DNA from: the human T2T-CHM13v2.0 reference genome, Homo sapiens
Assembly: GCF_009914755.1 (NCBI RefSeq)
Contig: NC_060935.1
Reading direction: 5' to 3' (one strand)
Length of the DNA stretch: 64,000 nucleotides
Shown: piece after piece, positions 1 through 18,475 of the stretch
Position numbering within the stretch: the first letter of the stretch is position 1
Layout of the letters: every line of letters starts with the position of its first letter
Notes under the pieces: model-generated
Database searches by the model: none
Told to the model about the DNA's origin: nothing
The model's input: only the letters and a program-made list of their open reading frames with translations
Made by a program: the position numbers and the translations under genes

Positions 1-478
1 AGCTGAGGCACACTGACGAACAGCCTGGGTTAATCCAGGCTGCAGCTTGCAACTCCCTTGCAGGACCCATCCAGGATTTCCTTCAGAAGTATCACATCAC
101 AGCAGCTGGCTGGCTTGACTTTGCCAACTGCTTGACCCCTAGCTGCACAGGAAACTTCAGCAGGTAGAACTTGGCCAGCCTCAGGAGTAGACACACCCTG
201 ACCTCCTTAGGATAGAACAGAAAGGCTTGCACAAACAGGGCTTGCACAATAGAGGATGAGAAAGCGGCCAGGGAAAATAATCCTCCACATCCATTAACCC
301 TCACCTTGACACATCAGCCCTTTGAGTTGTGGATTGAAGACAAAGAACTACCATATTAATAGCTGTTACTTATTGGACAACTCCTGTATCTCATTCCATT
401 TATTATAATAGCTCTTATTATCAATTATTGTGTGCCAGATACTTTACCTAAATAATAATAATTATTATATTATATATA

Positions 479-508
<30 letters not shown>

Positions 509-526
<18 letters not shown>

Positions 527-805
527 TGAAACAGTCTCACTCTATTGCCCAGGCTGGAGTGCAGTGATGCAATCTCAGCTCACTGCAACCTCCGCCTCCC
601 AGCTCAAGCAATTCTCCTGCCTCAGCCTCCTAAGTAGCTGGGATTACAGGCACCTGCCACCACACCCAGATAATTTTTGTATATTTAGTAGACACAGGGT
701 TTCACCATATTGTCCAGGCTGGTCTCGAACTCCTGACCTCAAGTGATCTGCCTGCCTCAGCCTTCCAAAGTGCTGGGATTATAGGCATGAGCCACTGCAC
801 CAGCC
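509..805 (-). mobile_element. AluS with adjacent (TA)n 465-508
   Basis: Alu consensus, polyT, TA microsatellite. Confidence 0.92.
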
Positions 806-2517
806 TAATTATTTCTAATTATCAGAAACCTTGCAAAGTACACATTAAATATTACCTACTATTTTATAGACAAAGAGACCAAGATGACTAGAGGTTACAA
901 AATGATGAACACTAGGAGGGAAGGGGAATTTGCACCTGGTCTGTCTCTATTTCCACCCACTACCATGTGAGATGGGAGATGAAGCAGGAGGAGAGGGGCA
1001 ATATTTTTCCAGCCTTCAGCAGTTGGACAGGACAGGTCAAGCCACTGGAAATGGAACATGAATCTTGAATCCCTCTTCAAACTTTTTGAAGGCAGGGAAT
1101 TGTGTTATTTTGTATTTACATGGTATACATCAGCACATAACTCATACTTGGCCCAGAGCAGGAGCTCATTGATGTTTGTAGAATGAATGAGTAAATGAGT
1201 CCAGGTGTCTCTTGCTTTCAGTAAAACAGGAAAAGACTGAAGGGGCACTGATTTGATGATGTCCTCTCTTTAAGTTGCTTCCTGGAACTCTTAGAAGTCA
1301 TATGAACTCTTATGGGCATCTACCTTACCTTTTAGTACAATGGAGTAGAAGTTCACCCAATTTCACGGTAAATTTTATAGGATTGCTTTACCTAATGCCA
1401 CCATAGGGGTCTAAAACAGGTAGTGCATGTTTCAAAAAATTGTCTCTACTGGACTTTCTTCTTGAGGCAGGGAAAAAATTCTGATTTCACAAACTTGAGG
1501 GTTTTCTTGCTGGGCCTTAACCAGGCAGTAATAAGCGCTGGGTGCTGAGAAAGTTAAGCAGAGACCTTTAAAATGGGGATGGAGGGCAAGGCAAGGAAGG
1601 AAAAATTGGGCACAAAGGTCAAAAGTTGGAGCTTTGCCTATTCTATTCCCTGGCCAGCAGGCAGGCCCTGAACTCAATTCCCTTTTGCTTGCTCTCTGGG
1701 GCAAGGCTGAGTTAGCAAGCTATAAATTCCACTAGTCCAAGTGTGAGGAATGTGGAGATGAATGTGGAGAAGTCTTCGTTCCAGAGGAAAGGGCACAACA
1801 GCGGGCCAGCTGGAGACGGAAGACAGAACATATCCCAAGTGCGAGCCAACAGAGATTTGAAATTAGAATCTGGGCTCAACCTGCACCTGGGTTTTAAGAA
1901 CTCTGTGATTGTAAGTGGATAGGGCTGTCAAGTAGTTGGAAGAAAGTGTGTAGAGTCCTGAGGTGACATGGAGTTGATTTGCCAAGAAAAATTATTAGCA
2001 TATTTATCTGATCATTTGCGTCAATGTGTCTTCTTGGCAAGGAGAAGCATTTGTGCAGGGAACTAATGAAAGAGGAAGGTTAAAAGAAGAGGAGGGCCCC
2101 ATAAGGTAAGCAGGAAGTCAAGTGGTACCCAGAGAAGCCCATCTGGCTTTGCCATCAAAGGCAACTTGATGGAGATGGAGAAGCTAAATGACTGGCCACA
2201 TTTCCCATGTGTTGTGGGGTGACACCCTCTCCTAGAACCTGGGGACTGGGATCCAGGCCTGGAGCTTACTTTGGACTTTCTGTGGAGGATAATTTTTATT
2301 GGGAAGTGTGGTTTGAAAGGTAAAACTGTTGAAGACCATCTATCTTTGAAGATCAGCGTTTGCTGGCACTCACTGAGGATTTCTGGATTCTTGGAAATCT
2401 AACAACTGCCTCTTTCCTCACCACAACTAGGTATAAACAATGAATAATGTGGGAACTAAGAATTCAAGGATGATGGCCTTCTTAAGGTTTGCTTTGAGTT
2501 CAAGGATTTAAAACTAT

Positions 2518-2926
2518 AGATAGAGACAGGAGGCAGCCAAGCATCCCCAGTGAAACCCCACCTCCAAGCCTAAAAGTCTGAAGGCTGAAAAACCAGACTG
2601 ATGGTCCCGGATGAAGCGTACCGTTTCCCGATTGATTCTCTCTGAATAATGCCCACCTGCGCACTGGGGGAGGTGAGTGGAGCCAGGGAAAGTTCCTGCC
2701 ATTTGCAGGGGAAGGAGCCTGGCCTCTTCAGTTCCTGTGTGGTGACCTGGGAATCGGTCTATGAGGTGGGAGATCTGTTAGTAGGACTCTATCTCACTTT
2801 GCTCAGAGTTCCTTTTTCGTTTTTTCCTTTTCAGCCAATAAACCCTGCCCTACTCACACTACAATTGTGTCTGTGTGCCTAAATTTTCCTGGTCGTGTGA
2901 CAAGAACCTGGTGTTTTTCTACAACA
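2518..2926 (+). mobile_element. Solo ERV1 LTR (LTR27/LTR28/MER61-like group)
   Basis: (T>A)GATAG...ACAACA termini, 4-bp TSD CTAT on both sides, AATAAA at ~2837. Confidence 0.8.
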
Positions 2927-3139
2927 CTATGTCCTCTTAATGTGACTTCATCCAGTCATAGGATGCATAAATAGCTGAAAAGGTATTACATCAATGGCCA
3001 GAAAGTAGGGGTTTCAGGAAAATTCTCCTTTAATGTGTGAGACTGGGCAAGCCATTTAACCTCTTTGTGTCTAATTTTCCTTACCTTTTAAATTGAGTTA
3101 ATAGTATCTTGTCAAAGTAAAATAAAATGATAAGTGGCC

Positions 3140-3439
3140 GGCCAGGCGCGGTGGCTTATGCCTGTAATCCCAGCACTTTGGGAGGCCAAGGCGGGCAGAT
3201 CACCTGAGGTCGGGAGTTTGAGACCAGCCTGACCAATATGGAGAAACCCCGTCTCTACTAGAAATACTAAATTAGCCGGGTGTGGTGGCACATGCCTGTA
3301 ATCCCAGCTACTAGGGAGGGTGAGGCAGGAGAATCGCTTGAACCCAGGAGGCGGAGGTTGTGGAGAGCCGAGATCACGCCATTGTACTCCAACCTGGTCA
3401 ACAAGAGCAAAACTCCATCTCAAAAAAAAAAAAAAAAAA
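3140..3439 (+). mobile_element. AluSp-like
   Basis: Alu consensus; TSD GATAAGTGGCC. Confidence 0.93.
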
Positions 3440-3550
3440 GATAAGTGGCCAAGTGTTTTTTAAGTATGCAAACTGAGTCAACCGTGTTACATGAAAAGGG
3501 TTTGGGAATCTGGGTTTAAATACCCATTCTGTGATTTACTACCTGTATAA

Positions 3551-3853
3551 TTTTTATTTATTTATTTATTTTGAGACGGTCTTACTCTGTCGCCCAGGCT
3601 GGAGTGCGGTGGCAGCATCTCGGCTCACTGCAACTGCCTCCTCTGCAGGTTCAAGCGATTCTCCTGCCTCCGCCTCCCAAGTAACTGGGATTACAGACAT
3701 GTGCCACCACATCCGGCTAATTTTTGTATTTTTAGTAGAGATGGGGTTTCACCATGTTGGCCAGGCTGGTCTCGAACTCCTGACCTCAAGTGATCCGTCC
3801 ACCTCAGCCTCCCAAAGTGCTGAGATTACAGGCGTGAGCCACCGCGCCCCAGC
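3551..3853 (-). mobile_element. AluS
   Basis: Alu consensus; (TTTA)n tail; TSD GTATAAT. Confidence 0.92.
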
Positions 3854-4006
3854 GTATAATCTCGGACATGTTTCTTAACTTGTCAGTGCCTCATTTCCTG
3901 ATCTCTAAATACTTCTCTAAAGCATTGTAAAGATTAAAATAATGTATGCAAATGACCCAGCTTATATATGGAGCTTTATAAATTCTACTGATTATGATAA
4001 TGACTC

Positions 4007-4303
<297 letters not shown>

Positions 4304-5642
4304 AATAATGACTCTTATAAGCAAGAAATACATATTAAGTGCTTGAAGTAATACTTAAGTTTGTGCGTGGTAAGTGCTAATTATTATCATCATTAATGTT
4401 TCTACCAGATATGAAAAACCATCTAGAGGCAAAATTCCTCTCACCTCTCAAAAATGATTGAATAAAACAGGAGTGAATCCACTGTATGCAAAGCAATCTG
4501 AGCTTCATTGGACCTGGAGCTTTTTCTACCACCTCTGGAAATCCTGTTTCACAACAGTTTTTTTTTATTATTATTATTCAAATGGGAACTGTGAAGGGAA
4601 TAAAACCACTAATATTTAATGCATAGGCAAAACCCAAACTGAGGATAAGCTTTGGACATGATTCCTCAGCAATAACTCAATAGCAACCACAGCCCCACCA
4701 GAATAATGTTCTGCCAGGAACCTCAGGGCCAGGGTGGTGTCCTTCCACCAACTCACCACAAGAGATTGTACCAAAGCAGTGGAGTACCAAAGCAGTGGAG
4801 TACAAGGAGCCCACATTTTAAAAATTACAGGATGAAGAAGTGGAAGTCCAAAATACTCATAAGACAGAATGTATAATAATCTCATCATAACGTCCATAAC
4901 TGCTAAAAGAGAACTAACTTTACTGGGATAGTTTATCCAGTAAAAACTTACGATAGGGTAACAAGATTGATATAAACTTGCTAGAAAGCTAATAAAATAC
5001 GTAGATATTTATTTTTCTAACTCAAGGGTATAATGGTTACACCTAAATTTTTTTCTTCCCATTACATCTTTTTGGAGGCAGTTCTATTTTTCTGTTTAAT
5101 GAGGCCCTGAAAATATAAATGAAAAGTGTAATATATAAAAATCAAGCAATAACTTCACATGTTATGTGAGGAATTTTATCCCCAAGAGCTAAAAATAATA
5201 TAAATTCCCTATTATATATTATAAATATTTTAATCTTGAATTAAAAATAGAAACCCGAGTCTTATACAATATATATGTGATTATTAAAAATGTTCAAAAG
5301 ACAAACATTGAATACAGACAATAAAATTACTGACCTAAAGTAATTTCTTACCTCAAATTCTGGCTGTTAGCCAACTTATGTGACATTTTGTTGACATAAG
5401 ACATTGATTTAGTGTTAGGAAGGAGGACTTTCTGATGGTGATGTTTCACTGGCTTGGGCAAGGTATTTTGCAGGGAAATGAGTGGACTGATCAATAAATT
5501 ATGATGCTAACTGAAATGGCTTATCAGCCTTTACCAAATTTCTTTCTTGGATCGAGGTGATGAAATGATTATGCAAGTCAATCTTGCTTTTCCCACCCTC
5601 CAAAGCCCTTAAATTAACATAAATGAAAATTTTAAAAAGATT

Positions 5643-5787
5643 TAGGGTTGACAGACTTAGCAAAAATTAAAACAATACTGGACACGCTCAGTTAAATTCG
5701 AATTCAGATAGACAACAGACAATTGTTTAGTATAAGTATGTCCCAAATGCACTATTTTGGACATGCTATATTTTATCTGGCAACCAT
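5643..5787. mobile_element. MER53 MITE with internal deletion
   Basis: AGGGTTGACAGA...TCTGGCAACC termini; CAGTTAAATTCGAATTCAGATA and TAGTATAAGTATGTCCCA core. Confidence 0.75.
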
Positions 5788-7474
5788 AAAAACAATAAAT
5801 TCATAACACTGTACCATCAGTGGATCATAATTATGTAGAATTTTGGGATTGGATTAGATTGAGTTTGTCCTGCAATTCTACTTTTAGGAATTTACGAAAT
5901 GAAAAGATAATATTCATAAAAACATCTGTGTAAGAATGTTCACAGAAGCGTTACTTATAATAGTCAAAAATCTAGAAACAACCAAATGTTTATCAGCATT
6001 ATTCTGGATAAACAATTTGCCTTTTTAACAAGTTCCGAGGTGCTGCTGATGCTGCTAGTTCAGGCACTATACTTAGAGAGCTACTGTTCTAGAGAGATCG
6101 ATAGCTCAGAGTCAGGGTGACTACAAGTCAAAAGCAGAAGGGGGTCCTGAGACAAGTGTCAGGATAATTAATTACAGACCTGCATCCGGGAGCAGCAAAG
6201 CCAGTCATGTCCCGGATCCCCCATTACCACCACCACTGAGTAGCCAGCAGCCGCAGCAGCCCTGGACCCTGGGTTAAAACCCCAAGAGACTACCCCTCCA
6301 AATAATGTAAACTTCCTATTTGGAGGGATAATGTTGTATGGGGATAGAGAGCTGAGAAAGACAAATAGACACTTCCAAAATAGACCCAGGAGAAATAAAA
6401 ACTATGTTATCTTTGCTTAGGAAAAAAATGTATTGAAGTCTTCCCATGCCAAAGTAAAACCCTACTTATTCTAGTAATGAGGTAGGGAAGGCAAAGGGTC
6501 TTCAGCCTGCTTGTCTGCCCCATGCCCATGCTCCCTAAAGTGACATCTTTTGATCAAGCCCCATCCACTTACACACAGCCACAGCCACACTTTCTTTTAG
6601 GGGAGAGACCTGTTGGGAAAAACAAGTCTGAGTAGCTGCAGAGGAAGCCCATGCCAGATACCTAAAATCCAAACAGACAACTAGCGATCACCAGACAGAC
6701 ATCAAGATTAAGAAGGAGAAAGGACAAACTGACCAGAGGAAGCAGAGATGTCTCAGAGAGCAGTGAACTTGCAAGAAATACTAATTTGTGTACTAGGAGA
6801 TATTTGAGAGGCTATCATGTTCATAAAAATAGGAACAATCATAGCCTAAGACTGCCAAAGAAATGTAATAGAAACTAAACATGACTGAGGACAGTTTCTC
6901 TCCTGTTTTCTTTATAAATAATCATGGCAAGATGCAATAAAATATGGACAAAAACTGCTGAACAGAAAAAGATGTGGCCCTGCCAAAGTAGGGCTGTGGG
7001 CTGGCAGGTGGTGCAGCCATGGGATACCTCAAATTGCTCATTAAACTGCAAGTGTATGAAATTCCAGATTTGGTGTTGGAAAGGCATTTTAGGGGTGGCA
7101 TGTGTAATGTGTGAAAATCGGGCTGTATAAAAGTTGACTGTGTGAAAGTTAAGAACCATCTGTGTCCACATTCCACTTGGCTTTCCCCAGAGCTTAGTAA
7201 TATAAGTCTGTCAGCTTAGACTCAGGGTCACCATTACAATAACTCTATCTATATACCATTTCACTACTTATAGTTTACAGAACACTTTTACTAATTATTG
7301 TATTTAATCCTTATCTTGGAAGGTAGCTAATATATCCTTATTCTACCCTTGAGGGAATAGAGGCAGCCAGCGGTTTTTATCTAAAACCTTCCAGGAAATA
7401 TAGAGACTGGTCAGAAAGGCACTTTTGCAGACTGCTTCCCAAAGAATGATCTGCAAATTGTTGATTCCATAAGA

Positions 7475-7520
7475 CAATAGTTCTCAAACTTCAATGTGTG
7501 TCAGAATTGCTTCATAGCTT

Positions 7521-7552
<32 letters not shown>

Positions 7553-7678
7553 TTCTGTCTCTCCTCCCTCCCCGGTTTCTGGATTCAGTAGGAGCCTGAG
7601 AATTTGCATTTTAACAAATTCCTAAGTGATGATGCTGCTGCTCCTGCTGATCTAGGATCAACATTTCATGAACCACCA
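7475..7678. mobile_element. MER5A containing (CA)n at 7523-7551
   Basis: GTTCTCAAACTT...CTGAGAATTTGCATTTTAACAAATTCCTAAGTGATG. Confidence 0.75.
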
Positions 7679-8402
7679 TCATAAGGTGCTCTCTGAAAAA
7701 AGAATTCCGTGGTTAAATTGAGGCATATTTGTCGTGTAATAGCATTAGCTCTGAAAGGGAAAGAGTAGGAAAAATGGAAATAGTTATACTAGAATAATAG
7801 GATTATGAATGATTTTTACTTGAAAAATCTCTTTACATACCATGAGTTTATCTTTTAAACTAAAATGGAGAGGGAGGATATAATATACTGAAAAATGACT
7901 AAAATAAAAGATAATGCACAAAACTTAACAAAAAGTTCTTACTGATCTGGGAAAATGTTTATGATGTACAATATGATCTAACCATAGATATTAAAATAAA
8001 TCTGTCTTTTTCCATGAAAGAGAGAGAGAGAACGAAAAACTAGAAGGAACTGCTCCAAAATGTGTGCAGTGATTATCTTTGGACTTTTGGGGTTATGCAT
8101 AGTTTTTAGTTTCTAGGAAAATACACCTGTATTTTTTTCTAAAAAGACGCTTAGAGTCTGTAGGAATTCCAGTTTTTAAGAGGAAAAGAAAGTTTCTGCT
8201 TTTTAAAGCCCACCTTTAAAATTCCACCCCCTTTGTTTAAGCAATCTCTCAAATAGAATTATACTTCTTGTAACATAATTTGTATAAAAGGCAATTTGTG
8301 GTGATTTACTAGTGCAAAAAAGGATTATACCATTAAATCAACTAGTGTCAAATTACCACATTTCATCACATATAGACTATAATTAAGGCAAGTCTAAACT
8401 AG

Positions 8403-8755
<353 letters not shown>

Positions 8756-9128
8756 TTCCCTACTACTTTTATGATTTTGCCCAACTGTGTTTGAAAACTG
8801 CCTCAAAGTTACAGGCCAATCTCTGATATTTATACATAACAATGAATGTTTTGTGTATTTCAAAAAAAGAAAGTAAGTAAATCTGTATATGTTGTGGTTT
8901 GTTGATTGTAACAACTGCATGCTAGAATGGGTTTCCATGGCACAGGTTCATACTGTACAAGTTTCAATGTAAAGAAAATATTCTCCTTAGAGAACTAATG
9001 AATCAATAATTCAAACATTAGGTTAATTTTTAAAACATTTTCCAGACACACAATATAATTTTTTTGCAATAGGTAGCTTAAATCAGACTGAGGCTGATTA
9101 AAATGGCCCCAAACTGTTATTTCTATAA

Positions 9129-9465
<337 letters not shown>

Positions 9466-10346
9466 TTAATAATGTGTATGTTGGATATCTGTTAAGTGCC
9501 CAATTCTGTGAGATCTATGAAATGTTTCCTGCTATAAAAGAGTTTCTGTCTAAATTGGTAGAGATAAAATTTTTACACATGAAGCGATAAGAGACAAATG
9601 AAAGTACAGATGAATGGCTCAGGGAAGTTAGTCCACTAAACAAGGGAACAAGATCTAATAGGCATACTAGGAGGCATTTTAGAGGTTATTACATTCATAA
9701 AGCAAAAATAGGAACAATCATAGCCTAGGACTGCCAAAGAAATATAATAGAAACTAAACATGGCTGAGGACAGTTTCTCTCTTGTTTTTTTTATAAATAA
9801 TCATGGCAAGGTGCAATAAAATATCCGCATCTTTCCAAATCATCTTTAAACCTCTTTAAACACTACTGTAGCTGATCAGTGATAGTTCAGAGTATTCCAC
9901 AGTGTCGCAATTCTAGAAGGATTTTCAAGTTTACTAAATTCAAATGAATCCTTGCTCCAGGAAGTCTGCAGTAAGGAGGCATTTATTTTCTTCCTTTTTT
10001 ATCCTACTGCTACCAGCCTTTAGTACATTTACCATTCCACGGCAAGCAAGTGAGGAAATAGACAAGCGAGAGTATTTCCTCTTAGGGACATATGGCAGCA
10101 AGGGTGCCCTTGGCTACAAGTAAAAGAAAAGCCCAACAGATGTAAATGAAGAGGAAATCTCATATCTCCCAAGATAAGAAGCACAAAGTGAGGGTGAGTT
10201 CTAGATGCATCAGGATTAGAAGCTTCTGTGAAGGAACCAGCTCTTTTCTTTATCTGTACCTATCTTTCTCCATCCTCAGGCTGGTAGCAGAATGGCTGTT
10301 GTTATTCCAAGAGGCCCTCCCGGACTATATCCCAGTGTGTATAGTC

Positions 10347-10506
10347 CAGTGAAACGACGGGAAAACTATGACCATGAAGCAAATCTGGAGCACCACCTGA
10401 TTTTTTAAAGTAGATTTTACTGAAACACATCCATGTGCATTTCCTTTCATATCGTTTGTGGCTGCTTTCACATTACAGCAGCAGATCTGAATAGCTGCAA
10501 CAGAGA
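10347..10506. mobile_element. MER58 fragment
   Basis: TTTTACTGAAACACA...TGTGGCTGCTTTCACATTACAGCAGCAGA...GCAACAGAGA. Confidence 0.65.
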
Positions 10507-11281
10507 ATTTGAATAATTCTCACAAAGCCAGGCCAAGACAAAGAGACAGCCAATCACTGCTGCTCATTGTTCACATTATCCTTTCCTATTTCTAATGGCC
10601 CGCCTATCTGTCCGTCCACCAATTTACATGAAGAGAAAATATTCTTCTTAGAGAACTAATGAATCAATAGTTCAAACATTAGGTGAATTTTAAAAACATT
10701 TTCCAGACACACAATATAATTTTTTTTTGCAATAGGTAGCTTAAATCTTACTGAGGCTAATTAAAGTGGCCCCCAAATGGTTATTTCTATAATATGTTCA
10801 TGAAAATATCCCTTCAAAAATTCAGTTTATTATGTATATGTTGGCATATACATTAGTATATAAGTATATATTAGTATATAAGTAGTAGGGAAGTAGACGA
10901 AGCTAGATTATTGTGGGAAGCAGGAAAAAAAGATTAGCTTAGACTTGCCATAATTATAGCCTATATGTGATGAAATGTGGTAATTTGACAGTAGTTGATT
11001 TAATGGTATAATCCTTTTTTGCATTAGTAAGTACATATACATACATACATTTATCTTCACGCCTGAAGTCAGTCTTAGGCAGGCATGAGAAACCATGGCA
11101 AGCAACCCAGAAAGGGAATGCAGAAGGAGACTTTCATTAGTAGTTACTAGAGAGAGTGTGTTATCTCCAATTTGCTTGACGATCACCTCTGATCTTTTCA
11201 TACTCAGGCTCCTGCTAAACTAGAATTATTTCTATTCCTTCCCTTTCCTAGTCTTTCTGAGGTCTTAGAAACTTAAAATCA

Positions 11282-11779
<498 letters not shown>

Positions 11780-11822
11780 CTAGAGATAACCCTTAAAAAA
11801 TATTCCAGCTGAGGGACTTACT

Positions 11823-12108
<286 letters not shown>

Positions 12109-12543
12109 CAGCTGGGGGACTTATTCTTAAAAGGAGCTTGTGCAAAATGTTAATACTCACCATAACGGGAATGATAGCAATTTTCTGTGAAATGAGATGT
12201 GAAGAGAACCATCATTTATTGAGGATCTGCTATATGCCACATGATTTGTATATTAACTTCAGTGAATATTCACAATAAGCCTGTGATATATTAAAATTAT
12301 TTGGTGATAGATCTGGCTGGAAAATGCAGAAAATCTGACTGCAGTGGATTAAAATTTATGGGAGTAGTCCACTAGGTGGTGCTGATATTGATGCAGCTTC
12401 TCAGTGACGACATTGAAAAACTAATCTCTGTCTGCATTACTATCCTTAGCAAGTTAACATTTAGCTTTGTTCATGTCTCATAATTGCAAGATGGCTACAG
12501 TAGCTCCAGATATCACATCCACATTAGAGGCAGAATTGAGAGA

Positions 12544-13787
<1,244 letters not shown>

Positions 13788-13976
13788 GGTAGAATTGAGG
13801 GAAAAGGATAAGGCCACACATAGCCTTCCTTTGGTTAGCAAAGAAAAATTTTCCCAGAAACCCCATCATCAGACTTCTACTTAGGTATTATTGACAACAA
13901 ATGTTTCACATAGATACCCTTAGTTACAAAGGAGTCAGAGAAAGTAAGGGATAGGATTGTCAGGGTTGTGTTAGAT

Positions 13977-14183
13977 TAGGGGTGGGCAAACAATAACCAA
14001 GTCTGGACCACTGCCTGTTTTTGTAAATAAAGTTTTCTTGCACCATATCTATACCCATGCATTTACATATTGTCTATGGTTGTATTCACACTACAATGGC
14101 AGAGTTGTGACAGAAACTGAATGGCCTGCGAAGTTTAAAATAGTTACTATTTGGCCCTTTTCAGGAAAATTTGCTGACCCCTG
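13977..14183. mobile_element. MER58A MITE
   Basis: AGGGGTGGGCAAAC...TTTGCTGACCCCTG termini; CTGCCTGTTTTTGTAAATAAAGTTTT core. Confidence 0.85.
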
Positions 14184-14606
14184 CCTTAAACCACTTGTGA
14201 GCCATCATCTAGGCTAGGCACTTCCCTCCCCCAAACAAAACTGGGAGAGCTTCTGATAAGAAGGGGACATTGTCACTGAGTAGGTCACTGACATTATCTG
14301 CCACATATAGCTGTTGTTACCTGTTTCAGATGAGGAGGATCAGAAAAGTTAAGTAACTTGCCCAAGGACACAAGTTGAATGAGGGCAGTCCTAATTTCAA
14401 GTTTTGATTCAAAGCTGACTTCATGTCCTTTTAACCATATCATAGTTTTGTGAGCTTTCTCATCTGTGAAGGAGCCGTAAGACAGCCACCTTTTATTCAA
14501 TGCAGCCCTTAAATGAGTTGTACAAAAGGACAGAAAGCTAATGAATCTATCTAAATAGGTTCACAGTACAATTATTTATTTTTAAACTGCATTTCAGTGT
14601 TTGCTT

Positions 14607-16118
<1,512 letters not shown>

Positions 16119-16754
16119 TTATTTTTCTCCCCAGCACTTCGCATATACCTAACACACAATAAGGACTCAAGAAAAGTTTGTTATACTCCATACTCCACTA
16201 TTGTCTCATGCAAAGTAAATATATAACATTCATAATTTCATGTGTTATCTTCCCAATGAGGCTGTGAATTACATCTATGGATACCCACTCTGCACTTAAC
16301 ATATGCAAAATGAATAAGTGACAACCCCAACCCTCACCATTGGCCCCTTAGAACTGAAAATAATGGCAGTTGCAGTGTTTAAGGGCAACATGAATGGGCC
16401 ACCTTTGGCCCGCCTGGTCAGTCTCATCTGTGTGTGATGGCAGCAGCATTTCTATGGAGCTCAGGCCTCAACATTGGGCTGTCTCTGTCCCTTTATTTAC
16501 TCTGCAACCTTGAAACAGCAGCACAGGTGGTAAGAGAGCTAAGAACAGCATGATCAAGACAAAGGAAAAGGGCAAAATTTTGAGAGGAAGAAGAGGAAAG
16601 CTTTAGAATATTCATTTTTTTCTTTTTCCTCTCTCCATTCTCCATAACTCAATCAAGGGGATCTGGAAGAAACCACTTCCTGTCTTCCTGCCTTCCATTT
16701 CAAGTTTCTGAAGCTTCTTCAAATTTGTTCTCTCTCTCTCTCTCTTGCCTGCAG

Positions 16755-17810
16755 GTCTTAGCCGTGCCTGGGAGAACCTTCTCTTCAACTCTGCCGCACC
16801 ACTGTCAAGCTCACCTTTCTTCTAAGGTTTTATTTTAGAGTTAACATCCTCCAAAAAGCCTTCCTCAGGAGTTGAAGGTGCCCCTAATATCACAGCCATG
16901 GCATCCTGTACACTGGACCTTATCGTCTGTCTGCCTGTTGTACCTTGTATGAGTCTATAAGCAAAACCTATAAGAAGTCACATCTGGCTATTCTATGTAC
17001 TCAAAAAATAATTGGCAAGTGAAAGAATGAGGAAAAGGAGAAAAAATTCAGAAGGCCCCTACCCCTTCCAATGGGTCAAGTCAGGAATTTCCTACCTGCA
17101 TGTGATTCCCTGTGTCCTAGAGGGTTTTATTTACTCCTCAGACCTTGGAAACTGTTAACCAGAGTCTCTGTTTGGAGATCTTATCTGTGTGCTTCTCCAT
17201 GGGTGTTGTTTCCCTGTCTCTGCAGCCATGCATTCCTCAGCTCTTTAAGTGGTGGAGCCTGTCTGCCTGGATAGAGTGCAAAAGCTACAGTGTAATCTTG
17301 CTTTCTTTCAGGGCCACTGACCAGAGGAAACAAAAACTGGACTGATTGGGCTCTCCTGATGTAGACCAGCCAGTGGCCCTCTAAGTTTCCTTCTATGTTT
17401 AAAATTCCTTATCTGACATTGCTAGCTGATCAGCAGGCCCACAGGTCAGCTGAGGGCTTATCTCCAGGGCTGGAGCTTCAAAGAGATACATGCACACGAC
17501 TCCCCTGGGTCAGATGGGCTGTGTCACAGTGAGTTGGGGATAATTTGGGATCAGTCAACATAACACACATAACACAACCCATTAATTTTTTTTTTCAAAA
17601 AGCGAAGTTTATTTTACTTTTTCCCATTATGAAAGTCATCAATGCTCATTATAGAAAATTTGGCAAATAACAAAAAGTGGAAAGAAAAAAATTCCTTAAT
17701 AATTTAGTATATTTGATATATTTATCCTTAATCCTTAATCTTTTACTATGTTATATCTTTAATAGTTGTGATGATATAGTTTTTGTAATAAATATATATT
17801 TGTGTTGTGG
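16755..17810 (+). ncRNA. Candidate terminal exon of a + strand lncRNA (possibly the FZD4 divergent transcript)
   Basis: Strong acceptor (TC)n TTGCCTGCAG|G at 16754/16755; AATAAA 17787 followed by GU/U-rich TGTGTTGTGGCTTTTTT; no credible ORF. The identity rests on recollection of the locus only. Confidence 0.35.
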
Positions 17811-17958
17811 CTTTTTTAAAATTTAAAAACATAACAAATATTTCCCCAAATTTCTATATTGTTTGGGTAAACAATTTTAATAGCTGCATAATTGTTTATA
17901 TATAGCATAGTTTATTTAACTGTTTACTCGCTGTTAAGTATTTAGGTAGTTTTCAATA

Positions 17959-18311
<353 letters not shown>

Positions 18312-18475
18312 TAAGAGGCAGTGGTATAGTGGTTAAGAGAAAGAAATATAGCATCAGACACACTTAAGTTTGTGTGCGTCTCAGCTTTGCTATTTGTCTG
18401 ACCTTGGTGAACTTACTTCCCTGAGATTCACTTTTCGTATTTCTAAAATAAAATAGGAGTAGCAATAACAGTACC

